Shown here: positions 51,774-63,232 of the stretch, piece after piece | Position numbering within the stretch: position 1 is the first letter of the stretch | Layout: each line of letters opens with the position of its first letter | NCBI GenBank assembly: GCA_023515725.1 | Contig: JALDTO010000179.1 | Location: 198,039-262,038, forward strand | DNA length: 64,000 bases | Direction of reading: 5' to 3' | Origin: Amoeboaphelidium protococcarum X5 | Taxonomy: Eukaryota; Fungi; Aphelidiomycota | The notes under the pieces: model-generated | Database searches by the model: none | The model's input: only the letters and a program-made list of their open reading frames with translations | Told to the model about the DNA's origin: nothing | Translations under genes and position numbers: made by a program

Positions 51774-53257
51774 ATTTAACAATGTCATTCCCAGACTGAT
51801 AGGGATGCATTAGCAAGTTCGCATTGGTGGATTATTGAGAAATAGTTTAGGCTGTACATATGGTTCTTTTTTTTTGAAAAGGAGTGTAAACAAAGAGTTC
51901 TGGAAGAGCTGTAGATTGCAAGGTGTCGTCTCATCATGGGACGGGTTGTACCTGAAGATTTAGTAAGTTTTACACTGACTTGTACTCTGTATCCGTCCCT
52001 TGTCATGCAAAGTCTAAAGAGGATGCTAGTGGCTAGTAGATTGCACCACAGCCAGCCTAAAGCAGCAGTTCTACAAGTTAAGCAAGAGAGCCGGCCCTTG
52101 CCCCTGGGATAGAAATTCACGGCACGTAGGCTGACGAACCGGAAGACTTGGTGACATTCGAGCTACCGCCTGGTAAGAGGAGACTTAGAAGTGATACCTC
52201 TTCCAACTCATAGAAAAGGTAAAGAAAGTCTCTGCAGTAGATGTATCGTCAAGAAGATGATTGTCCAGGTGACCCAACTGATCAGGAATTCACAGAAGGC
52301 TAATAAGAATTGGTAATTCCTTTGGGAGATGATTGGCTTTGGGAAGAGGATGATCAAAATGAGATATCCGATTAACTTGAGGACTTACTCGACGAGGTTC
52401 CTGATAATGAGGAGGAGATAGATGATGCTGCAGAACAGGAATAAGGAAGGGATTACAGGTGGCTCAATAATCCAGCACTTCCTTAGATTGATATATCTGA
52501 TTCTGATGTGACTTTCGTGGGAGTGGATCTTGGAGTGGCGTTCATGGCGACTAGCTGCATAATCAAGGCTTCACCTGGGAATGATGCACTGCAAGTTCTG
52601 CAATCTTCTGACAAGAACGCAATCCCGTTTGTCATGCTGAATTCGGAAGAATTTAGAGCTAGAATCAGGGCAAAACTGAGCTAGTAGGACAGAGAGCTAT
52701 CAGAGGATGTATTTGCGCAGCCAAAGTATTGCTTCAGTCTGGAGATGTGCAAGCGTAAATCTGCCAATGCAACTGTAGTCACTAATGAACGAATGCCCCA
52801 ATATCTGGATCTCTCCGTTCAGAGGGCCAAGTATACTAAATATCTTATTAGGAGAGATGTTTTGAGAGAGTATGCTGCGAGACTGGTTGGTCTCAATTCG
52901 TTTGACGACAGCAGAAAGAAGTAGATTGTGGTGTTTTGGGGAAGTTCAGGGATATAGAAATTAGGACGTGTCTTTCTCCCAGGTGGTAGATATCATCCAG
53001 CTTGCAAGCAGTTGCTGTAATATGTTGTTCAGCAGATTGCAACTGTATACGTTAGCCATTAGAAAGGTACATCTAATCATTGCAGTGACTGTGAATAGAG
53101 GGTCGCTAGAAGATGGACTGCAGAGCGAGATGTTGTTACTTGCGGAAACTGCCATTTGGTGATAAATAGAGATGTGAATGCTGCTATCAACATCATTAAA
53201 ATCGGACTCATTATGGCTACTAACCATGGTATGTTTTCGATTTAGTTCACGCTATGA
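51774..53257 (+). mobile_element. Fanzor1-like (TnpB-family) RuvC protein; N-terminus disrupted, open frame 51956-53257, predicted nuclease-dead
   Basis: FYTDLYSVSV, RuvC-I FVGVDLG (D 52526), IVVFWG, QKGTSNHCSDC..CGNC zinc finger and RuvC-III INRDVNAAINI (D 53171). Confidence 0.85.
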
Positions 53258-53451
53258 AACTTGAAGTTCAATATACTTTCATTTCATAACATCCCGGCCT
53301 TCTCTCTCAACCTACGCGGTACTTTATTATAGCATCATTTTATTCCAAAGGTTTCGAGCAAACGTGTTTCAACTGCCAGATCATCGCGGTTTTTGATCGC
53401 GACACGTCAGATACTCTCTACTTTATCAGTAAAGTTGACGATAATTTTCAC

Positions 53452-53874
53452 GGGACTTGAGGTTCTTTAGGCCAGCCGGTCAAGCAGTTGTTACCGTCGA
53501 TTAACTTCTCGTGAGTTGTTTGTACGAGTCGCTGTGAGACCCACCGGCGTTAGAGAATGTTTCGTTGCATCGTGAAGCCGAAGATTTCCAGTGTCTGAGA
53601 GGAAAAGTTTTAAATCCGATCACGAACTGGTAAAATCGTCAAAGGCCTAACGGTGTAAAGGCTCAAGTCTGACACTCCCTAACGGGTGGTAAGGACCGTT
53701 TATGTCTGTTGCAACGAACTATATGCGGCAGATCCAGGTTCAGTGATGTTCATTGCTTGCTGTTCGTGCATTCTGATGAATATAAAGCGTCATTCCCCGG
53801 CCTTCGGGCCAAACCCGGTGTCATTGCGGGCTTTCTAGTGGCCACTTAAGTGTGGTAAGCTCGACGCCCTTTTT
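53452..53874 (+). ncRNA. Unidentified highly structured RNA-like element (about 420 nt) ending in T5
   Basis: Many complementary segments including a long-range closing helix, a C(UUCG)G tetraloop hairpin, a possible pseudoknot and a terminal oligo-T. Confidence 0.6.
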
Positions 53875-54154
53875 AAAGTTCTTTGACGGACATTAAAAGT
53901 TTCCGCTGATAATTGGCTTTATAATTGGCAGGCCACGACTTCTGAAACAAAATTTAGCTGTTAATAGCATGGCTACATATACTCTAAGCACATTCTAGCA
54001 TACTGCAAAATTTGAAATCTGGAATTTCTACCCAAAAATCTTCTACGTTCTTTGAAACCTGCAGAGTTAGCCACGCCACCAATCGTTCGATTGAGCCAGT
54101 AAAAAGTTTGTTAAAGATCGTTCACGACAATGACTTTTGACGATTTTTCCTATG

Positions 54155-54247
54155 ACTCCTGTAGCTCAATTTGGTTAGAGCGTCGTGCTTATAAATTCGT
54201 TAGATTTGGTCACGCGAAGGTCGGCAGTTCGATCCTGCCCGGGAGCA
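54155..54247 (+). tRNA. tRNA-Ile(UAU) with an 18-nt canonical intron (54194-54211)
   Basis: Cloverleaf with A and B boxes (TAGCTCAATTTGG, GTTCGATCC), anticodon TAT at 54190-92, intron after position 37 and T5 terminator at 54252-56. A1:C72 mismatch. Confidence 0.92.
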
Positions 54248-54449
54248 TAAGTTTTTGTCACTCCATTCTCTGCATAATCTTTGTATCCACATACTAAACA
54301 TCATCCTACCCCTAAAATATCACCTTATTTTGGTCAAGACTATCTATTTGTATACCTCAGGTAATGTAACAGAGAAATCGTAGTAACAAACTTAGTAAGC
54401 ATCATTGGTGTAATGAAGGTAACTCAAAAATCAAAGTTCAAACTAATAA

Positions 54450-55359
54450 TCATTAAAACACCAAATATAAAAACCCATCAGGACAGTGAAGATGCACATA
54501 TAGCCATACCAAAGTAGTCTCAAACGGAACATTGACACCGGCACATTTGCATTCACAATCATCACCAACACGATTAAACAGACGAGACCCAACGATGTCT
54601 TGCACCGTGACAAAGGCAGAATCTTGTACAACTGGCAACAAGAACATTATGACATCATCTGAACCTGAGGTGTATATTCGCACTGGGATATGTTTCAATT
54701 ATTTGTTGCATTCAGACAGAGGTTACTCAAAATCCAAACTGCACAAGTCGATAATCTCTCTGAAAGCCGTCTGATACTTTTTTAGATCCTCCAACTGCAC
54801 AGCTTCCCATAGTTGAGAATGATGAGTTGTTGACATTTTTGACCATTTATGAACATTTCCCGTGGCAATCAATACAGATTGCTTTAATAACGAATAAAAC
54901 ACCTCAGACTCTGTCCATTTATAAATTTCAAGCTTTTCAGATGATAGTTCAATGTCAATAGGCCACAATGCTTGAGAGGAATGTGTATCAGCCTTCGTCG
55001 CTAACCGGTCACGCAATACACCGATTGGGACATGTAAAGGCAACTTATTATTACCACCACCGTTTGAAGACGCGTCAGAAAACATAATCCACTAGTCAGC
55101 AATGTCAACTTTGCAGTCATACAGCTACTTCCTCATTTGATTAACGATCCACTTTAGGCAAGTTCCATACTTGACATTCATCTACATTCAATAAGCATAC
55201 TTTTATACAGTGGAAACCAAAAATTAAACTTACGTAAAATGTAACATTCTAAAAAGAAAATTTTATTGGCACAATAATGTTCCATAGCAAATTATTCCAC
55301 AGTGGAGATTGCACATTTACAGACTAACTCAATGCAGCATCACCTCCATGCTCAGACAT
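54450..55359 (-). CDS. ATG5: Autophagy protein 5; intron 55182-55233
   Basis: LWNIIVP, LPLHVPIGVL, HSQLWEAV, IPVRIY and GVNVPFETTLVWLY..PDGFLYLV. Confidence 0.85.
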
Positions 55360-55957
55360 GATATTCAGGCTTGGAAATGTCAACGCCAATCTGCGCGAGA
55401 GCAAAAGACAAATCCTCCATTGTGAGAACACTTTTCCGGCTCTTTCTGTACGCGGCGGCGCTCGACGATGCCTGCTGAGATTGCGCGTTTATTTAATGAA
55501 ACTGGTACGCATCACTCACAATGTCGTGGATAAACTTCTATCCCATCAGACCGATCAAGTTTCGTACATCTTTATCAGGACAGTCCAATCCGCCCTTCTC
55601 CAAGTAGAATCTGAGTGCTGAATCGGGCACGATGGGCTCAAAATTCTACTGCTTCATCTTTTCCAAAAGCTCCAAGATTGACAAGTCTCGCTCGGTATCA
55701 GCACTCAAGGCAGCGTGAGATTGTTATTGATCTTCGTCCAACTCCTACGTACCCTCATGCAGCAAATCCATTTCATTTTCATCACCAGCATTCATTTAAA
55801 AATCGCCTTCTAAAAATTAATCGACGCCATCATCTTCCATTCCATTATTATTAGTATCAGTCGGCTGTCGCTAAGAATCTTAATGCTACTACTACTACTA
55901 TAAACTAGGCTCTGTAGAGTGCAATCGCTTCGATGTTCGTCGACCTGCAGGCTGCAT
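55352..55957 (-). CDS. TAF10: TFIID/SAGA subunit TAF10
   Basis: PIVPDSALRFYLEKGG..QKFIHDIVSDAYQF..VLTMEDLSFAL..GVDISKPEY. Confidence 0.92.
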
Positions 55958-56179
55958 ATTTCTCTTCTTACTACAGCGATATAATGTCAAGATAATAACA
56001 ACTTTTAATAAAATTAATCAGACTATTTTAAAGCTAAAAAGAGCAAGAATGTTCAGTATCGAAAATAAACCAGACTTCAAAGCAACTCTGGAGATAAAAA
56101 GGAAACAAAAGAGTAAAAGCGATTCATATATTTCCTGATTATAGATTATACTATCACGCGTATATCAAACGTTAGTAAC

Positions 56180-56713
56180 TCACAGCTGACCACAGTTGGA
56201 AATGACAACCTTCTTGGCAGTCTTGCCGGACTGAGATCCAAGCTTCTCGATTGCCTTAACCACGTTCATACCTTCAGTCACTTGACCGAAAACGACGTGC
56301 TTACCATCCAGCCAAGGACATGGGACAGTACACAAAAAGAATTGACTTCCATTAGTGTTAGGACCTGCGTTAGCCATGGACAAGACACCAGGAGCAGTGT
56401 GCTTCAGCTAAAAGTTTTCATCCTGGAACTTGGCGCCATAGATGGACTTTCCACCAGTTCCGTTGTGGTTGGTAAAGTCACCACCCTGGATCATGAAATC
56501 TGGGATGACTCTGTGGAATGTGCATCCCTTATAACCGAATCCCTTCTCACCAGTACACAGAGCACGAAAGTTCTCAGCAGTCTTTGGAACGACATCAGCG
56601 CGCAGTTCCATCACAATCTTGCCCAGAGGCTCATTGTTAGCGGTGACTTCAAAAAATACTTTTGGATTAGCCATTACTTTTGATATAGATGTTCTCAGAG
56701 TAGAAAATACCAT
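56180..56713 (-). CDS. CPR1: Cyclophilin A-type PPIase; two in-frame starts (56713 and 56674)
   Basis: [35 protein letters not shown] and [10 protein letters not shown]. One internal TAG (Gln) at 56408. Confidence 0.97.
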
Positions 56714-56927
56714 TGACAATTAAGTTGAGAGAAAGTTGATGATAATGGTGATGAGTTCTCAGTGCGACGAACAGTAAAGACGCGTAAAGAAATCGCTAAG
56801 GTTGACGCCACAGAGTTTCACTCATTCGCCCGCTCACAGAAAGTCACATAAGGTAATAAGCTCAAGATGATAGAAAAAGCACTCAAATAAATCACATTCA
56901 AAATCATAATCAATTTCATCAGTATAC

Positions 56928-59900
56928 TCACGCGGTAGTGTTAATATCCTGCTTTTCAACTACTTGCAGTACGGCAGTCAATTCTTCTATCGCGTCATCT
57001 CTATCTTCAGGCTAATCCAATTTCTAGAACAATTATTCCAAGTAAATTGTAGGAGACAAGTGTATCAACTTGATCACCACTTCTTTCAACAGGGAATCCT
57101 ATATTACGTCCTCGCTAGACTGTTCTCTTATACTCTCCAACAGCTGGGAGTGGCGCGACGGTATCAATCTTATCTTCAAGCCAACCAGAGTCTTGGTCAA
57201 TGTCAACAACATGGCATCTTTCGATTGTCGGTCAGTGGAAGTCTTTATAAACTTGAACACCTTCTCGTACAAGCTTATGGCCAACTGCATATCTTTCTAC
57301 ATCTTTTCAGTCACAATTCCATCATAGTTAGCGTACTGATTAGCCAGGATCTTGGCACACTACTACTGAGAGTCTGCAGTCTTACCATTCGCATGGCCAA
57401 ACAAAGTCTCTCTCAACTACTTGCTCTAATGACTGTACTTGAGTGCCTCATCATAATCACCGATATCAAAGTGAGCCTCAGCCATAGAGTACATATTCTC
57501 TGCCATAGCTTCCCGATTCTAGGACGAAGGTGGTTGCCCCTTCAAGTACTACAGTGCTTCCTCGAATCTTTTCAAAGCGTCTGCAGGTCTTTGCATTTAC
57601 AGAAGCATATATCCCAACTTTGTGTTATACGCAGCCACGACGCGGTGAGAGTATCCGAGTTATCTCTTTGCTATTTCCAGACTTTGCAGCAAGTATTCAT
57701 ACGCGACACCATTCAGAGACAATAAAGAATTCCAGTAAACCATCTTATCGAGAAGCGTGATAGTGACTGGATGATTCTTGGACAAATGGTACAGTAAAGA
57801 CTATCTGCACTCCTGATACTACTTGTCCAAGTACTGGCTCATCTGCTTCTTTCCGCTCTTATCTAGCTTAGTGCAACTTTTAACTACTTGCAACTCTATT
57901 ACTGCAATTTTAATCATTACATACAAAACAGATTAAAATGGAGCCATCTGAAGAGCAGATGTTGCGCACATTAGAGCATCATCAAACATCTTCATCGCCT
58001 GCAATTGCTTAGCCACATTGAGCAATTTTAATGCACTGGTTTGGCTGACATCTAACTTCTTGAACTGAGGTTGTGCCTGAATATGCTACTCCAGAGATAA
58101 CAGTGCTCTATCAAAGTCATTCAGCCCCTAATTCACCACGTTAATCTAACTATGTTTAAATTTAACTTCAAACTCAATGAAATCATCAGCAGTCAATACT
58201 CTCATAGTTACGCCATCCTTGTTCATGTAACTCACAGGCTTCAACACAATACCACATTGATCTACGACTGTATCCAAAAGATGAGGCAGATATATTTCGT
58301 CCAACTTGAAGATACTATTGACATTAAACTTCTGCTATATTCCGCGAGCAATTTGACTCCACTTTTGTGAAGACTTGGCTCCTTTGACATTCAACAGTTC
58401 ATTTAACATTTCAATAGTAACACGTATCAGATCTTGATGAACATCAACGGCACCGATATCGCGATAATGATAGACAGATTGACGTATACGTTCTCTAAAC
58501 AAGGACTTGAACACTCTAGAAATCATCTCGACACCCAAAAGATGGCGCACATACGGCAACTTTGCACTTCCATACAACACTCCGATATAACGAATATTAA
58601 TCCCACTCTTATGCAGTTCTGCACTTAAACCACGACTATCGATAGGCAAGATTTCCATTTGATCGAGTTATTATGCAAACTTGGGAATTACAACAGTGAC
58701 TAGGTGACGATGAGCCTCTTTCAATGCGGCCAACGACTCTTCATCATCACTTTTACATGGAAGCTGCTTATCATACATTTAAACAAACTCTGGTCTCAGC
58801 TTGAGATACTTCTTGGCCGCCACATTACTATCAGTATGGTCAATGGGTAAAATATTGCACCAATTCAAGCCGTATATTCTCTACTTCTCAACAACTTTAT
58901 GAAGTTCAACAGGCGGATCAGTGACATTTAAAGCTTTACACAAAGGATCCATCACATGATCGATGCTTCCATCTCTGACAATACTTTTCGCAGACAATGG
59001 CATCACTGGATAGCACACCACCTTGAAACCGAGATAATCAACTATGCCAAGAAGAGCCTTACATACACCACCAGTGTCAGAGTGCAAAGAGTTAATTTTG
59101 TTAACAGCCAACAACTCATTAGATACAGTCTTTTCCATTTTCTATACAATCTCTTGCTACTCCTCCTCATGGGCACCGTCGTAAATGGCAGCAAAATTAA
59201 ATAGCAAGTCGCCATACTTGAAAGTATCAGACTATCCCTACTGGCCATCAACACCATCACGGCGCAAGTGCAGCTTATCAATAATTCTCTTACAGAAATA
59301 TGTGCAAGCCTCCCCGAACTTGGAAACAACCTGATATTATTGCGCAATGTTGACATTTCTTACACTATTCTGATAGATATTATCGTAGCCGGCCAATGGC
59401 TAGATCTGAGTAGGCATTCTCGACGCTGACTAGCCTGAAGATCGCTGTAACAAGTAAGATATATCTTCGCTACTAAATAGAGGCTTAGTATAGTGTCCAT
59501 TAATAGCTTTAACTATAACAGATGGCCGCAAACTACTTATAAAATCGTCAGTTATCTAACCATCACCTTCAGACGGATCATTGTCGCTGTGAGCAGATCT
59601 AGCAGAAGATCTCCGACTGCTAGCGACACTTCTCGACGATCTTGGCCTGCTCTTGGTAGTATAATGACTATAAACGCTTTCCACATCAGAATCGGCAATA
59701 TAAGAAGCATCATCATAATAGTCACCTTGAGATGCAGAATCATTCAAATGCTGATCAAATCTTGATGCACCCATCTACTTACTGTGACCATCTCTGAGCA
59801 ATTTTATGGTGCTAATCCACTCATTACAATCCTTCTGCGATGAAGTGGCGAGGTAAAACTTGCGCTTGCTCTTGGTCACAATCATAAAGGGAAACATGGT

Positions 59901-60194
59901 GCTGGTGGAGAGGAGAGATAGCTTTGTCATCTAACTTCCCAGAGATCCATCATTAAATTGCTCATTGCGAACCACGGCAATCTGTGACAGTGGTATTAGA
60001 TACTTGGGCTCTTTATCGCTATACGCTTCAAACAGTGCAATGTTCTGAGTATTCAGTCGCACATACTTCGGTTTCCATCTGCTGAGACATGAGCTTCCCC
60101 TCTTGAATATGAATCCCTTCTTAATGCCAGTATCACTACCACTCTATTAGGCATCAGTTCCGGATAACTTTTACTTCAAACTACTAAGCAACAT
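56928..60194 (-). CDS. PH + Clu/CLU-central + TPR domain protein
   Basis: N-terminal PH (KKGFIFKRG..WKPKY..CNEWI), Clu (VDYLGFKV), CLU-central (LHKSGINIRYIG) and helical repeats. 3' end may be spliced. Confidence 0.75.
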
Positions 60195-60422
60195 TAATTA
60201 TGAAAGTTTAGCGATAGATAGAATTCAAATTATAATTCAGATAATCTAGAACCAAAGATAATTAAACGATAAAGTGATTAAGAAGAGGATGATGATGAGA
60301 AATATAGAGAGTTTATTTGGTTGTTTGTTTGATGATAATTCTCGGTCAACGACGGTCAGTATTTGTATAAAGCAGAGAGTTCACTAGAAGGGCATCTCAA
60401 TCAACGAATCGCCAATTATTAA

Positions 60423-60748
60423 TCAATTTTTCATCGCCTCGTACTAAGATGGAGTGTAGCATCGCTGACTAAATGCATGCATCTGTTTAATTTCAGTCTC
60501 CAACAAGCTATTAATCAGTCTATGACGCGCCAGAGTATTCTTCCCTTCAAAACTTGGAGACACGATGAGTATTTCAAATGATGTGCCTACACGATCGAAA
60601 AGGTTATATTCGTTCTATTATCATGGGAGCATCAAGACTTACCACATCCGCCAGAGACATCATGGATTTCAAGATGATTTAGAGGCGAGATGCTTTACTG
60701 AATCTTTGATTTCATTGAGGACTCTAGGGAGGATACTGAATTCGACAT
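60423..60748 (-). CDS. BOL2: BolA protein, Bol2/Fra2 type; intron 60587-60642
   Basis: [34 protein letters not shown]. Confidence 0.9.
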
Positions 60749-60954
60749 TGCTCTTATTATATATGTGGCGGAACGCGAATGTAATTGCCTGTTAATCAGA
60801 AGCATCTTTGGCAGTGAAAGAACAAAAAACAAACTGTAAAACTTATTTAAAGCATTGACGTGCATGCATAGATATATGGCGAGACTATCAGTTTTATCAA
60901 AATCTATTTAATTCTAGTGTCTTTTTCAAGTATCAGAGTGTAACTTAGTTTTGC

Positions 60955-62163
60955 TCAATGAACCACATCATAGTTAGGGGAACGGAATGGATTATTAGGA
61001 TCCACAGCTGACGGGTATCGGTGAGAGTTCTGACGAGACCATGGCGTTAGTGAGACATCCTCAGGTACACGGGTGATCGCGCCTTGGTATCTTTAAACTT
61101 GTGGAAGTTAATTGGCAGGTACAGCCAAGACATTATTCACTGGTTACACATTTTACACTGGTCTGGTGTATTAAGTAACAGGCAGTGGTTACACAATAGG
61201 CAATGCTGGTGTTTCTTGTTGATCGTCATTTTCACATGAGGTGCAAAAGCGGTAGATTGAGCTGATCAACATGGGCGCCTCCATAATTACGTTCACTCCA
61301 ACAAAGAAGCCCGCTGCCAGACCGGCGAACAACATGGTACTAAACTACACTCCAGAAAAGTACTGATACATCAGCAGTCCGAGGAATACCAACATGGCTG
61401 ATGACAAAAGTCTTGATACGGCCAGTGTCAATTTAGGACAAGCACCGCGTTGGCGTCCAGCTGCGACCGCACTCCAGCTGATTGTTAAGAGGATAAGATA
61501 CAACACGGTGAAGAATACTGCACCAAAAATGAGCAAACCTTTTATCGGGACCATACCCACCTTGTTGGGAATTTAAATTTGCCTTTTAATTAATGTGGTA
61601 GATACGCTTCTTGACGCGCTCTACGGAGCTTGTTCATACTACCAAGCGTCATACATCAGATCTCGATGATGCTTCATTGCACGATACAACTCTGGCTCAG
61701 CATTTCTATGCATAAATTACATCAAACTGTCATAATATTCAACCATAGATTGGGATTCGAAATTGGACATGAACTCATCCGCGACATGCTACGACATATA
61801 TCCACTCTGTTGGAACTACGATATGATTCGAGACAGCGTATCAAAAGTCTCCTAAGGGCTTTACTTACGCACCTTGCGATATAGAATTTCAACATCATTC
61901 TACGACGGTTAAGGAAAGACGAAATCAGATAACACAGTTTCTGCTCTGTAAACCTTGGTATAGAAATCAATCGAAGTCATGAACGTATTATCAGTAGCAG
62001 ATTCTTCATACTAGCTCCTGACGCCTTGAAATGCATTGACACGCTTGAGCCATTATTCATCTCGAGCACTCCACGTGGCACCGTAAATTTGAGCCTCAAA
62101 TTGCTACCAGCTGAGCAAATACACAAAGAATGCAGCCTTCAACTATCTAATAGTGTTTACCAT
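60955..62163 (-). CDS. Hypothetical membrane protein (402 aa; hydrophobic N-terminus, about 3 TM segments, Pro/Gln tail)
   Basis: Continuous ORF under TAR=Gln with hydrophobic segments at about 61250-61550. Confidence 0.65.
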
Positions 62164-62377
62164 TTAGTTATGACGATTTGGTCCACTGGGCCTGAAAAAA
62201 GCTAAAACTTGATGATAAGGGACCCTGAACAGGGAGCGGCGTTTTAAATCTCGATCGCACATCTCATCGATAGCTCCCCTTTCAGTGTGATTGAAAGCAA
62301 CTAGCTAAATGAGTGACTACTCATTTTGTATAATCTTAAACTTCATAACCGTAATACAGAAAAATATTATAAATCAA

Positions 62378-63232
62378 TCAATCCAAAATGATATCCAGAA
62401 AGGCATTCGCCATTTTAGCACCTCCTTGTATAGATGGTTCTACGCGTTGAACATAATCTTGAGCACTTTTACCATCCAGAACACTAAATAACGGGAACGC
62501 AACAACTTCAATGCCATCTAGGCTAATATTTTGTGTCGCTTCATTGAACAGATACTAAATGATAGCCTGTAATCTTTGAGGTTCACTATCATACTTTAGT
62601 AGCCACAGCGGAACGTTCGCCCAGGACTTGCCTTTCACCTCACAAGGATAATATATCATGTTTACAATGACTTTGCGCGGTTTCTTGTTGCCAATGACGC
62701 GTTTAATGTAATCCTACACGCGAACGCCAAGTAAATTAACCAAGTGCTGCAGCGGCGCCTTCCCACTCAGTATATCAGCTGGCTCGTAGCGGATACTTCT
62801 CAAAATTGACCAAATGGTAGATGGCGTCGGATACAGGGCGACATCATTACCGCCAATGCTCACGATTAACACGTCGCCATCCTTCATAAAGGATGAAATG
62901 ACCTTGTCACTGGGTAGCAGTTTATGCTTGCGCTCATTCAAAGTGGTCGCCTCTACAGCCGTGTTGATTGCCACCCACTTGTCACCTTCTTCACGATCTA
63001 CAATCCCCTTGTTCAACTGAAAGCTAACGTCAGGCACCATATCAAATAACAAATTCTCATATCCATTGAGTGGTTTCATACGAAGCTCATCTAGAATCCA
63101 ATATTTGTTATCAAGGGATGAGTCGCCGGCGAGCCATATGATTGATCTATCATAGAACTTCTCAGCAATTATCATTAAATCAGAATACGGATGACCATGG
63201 TATGTCTCATAAAATTTGCCCTCGAAAATCAT
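62378..63232 (-). CDS. SGNH/GDSL hydrolase-like protein
   Basis: LAGDSSLDN (block I), SIGGND (block III) and an atypical block V (DYVQRVEPS). Confidence 0.7.

Noticed and set aside
53677-53683. CCCTAAC as a telomerase RNA template
   Set aside because: Only 7 nt, short of about 1.5 repeats, partly in a predicted stem and 3' of the candidate pseudoknot. Telomerase RNA identity is unsupported.
53773-53779. CTGATGA as a hammerhead core or C/D box
   Set aside because: No appropriately placed GAAA and flanking stems, and no matching terminal box D.
51450-54150. Terminal inverted repeats or target-site duplication around the Fanzor locus
   Set aside because: None found by eye, so the element boundaries and host transposon class are undefined.
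56964-57725. 253-aa plus-strand ORF
   Set aside because: Antisense shadow of the TPR region of the Clu-domain gene, with no motif of its own.
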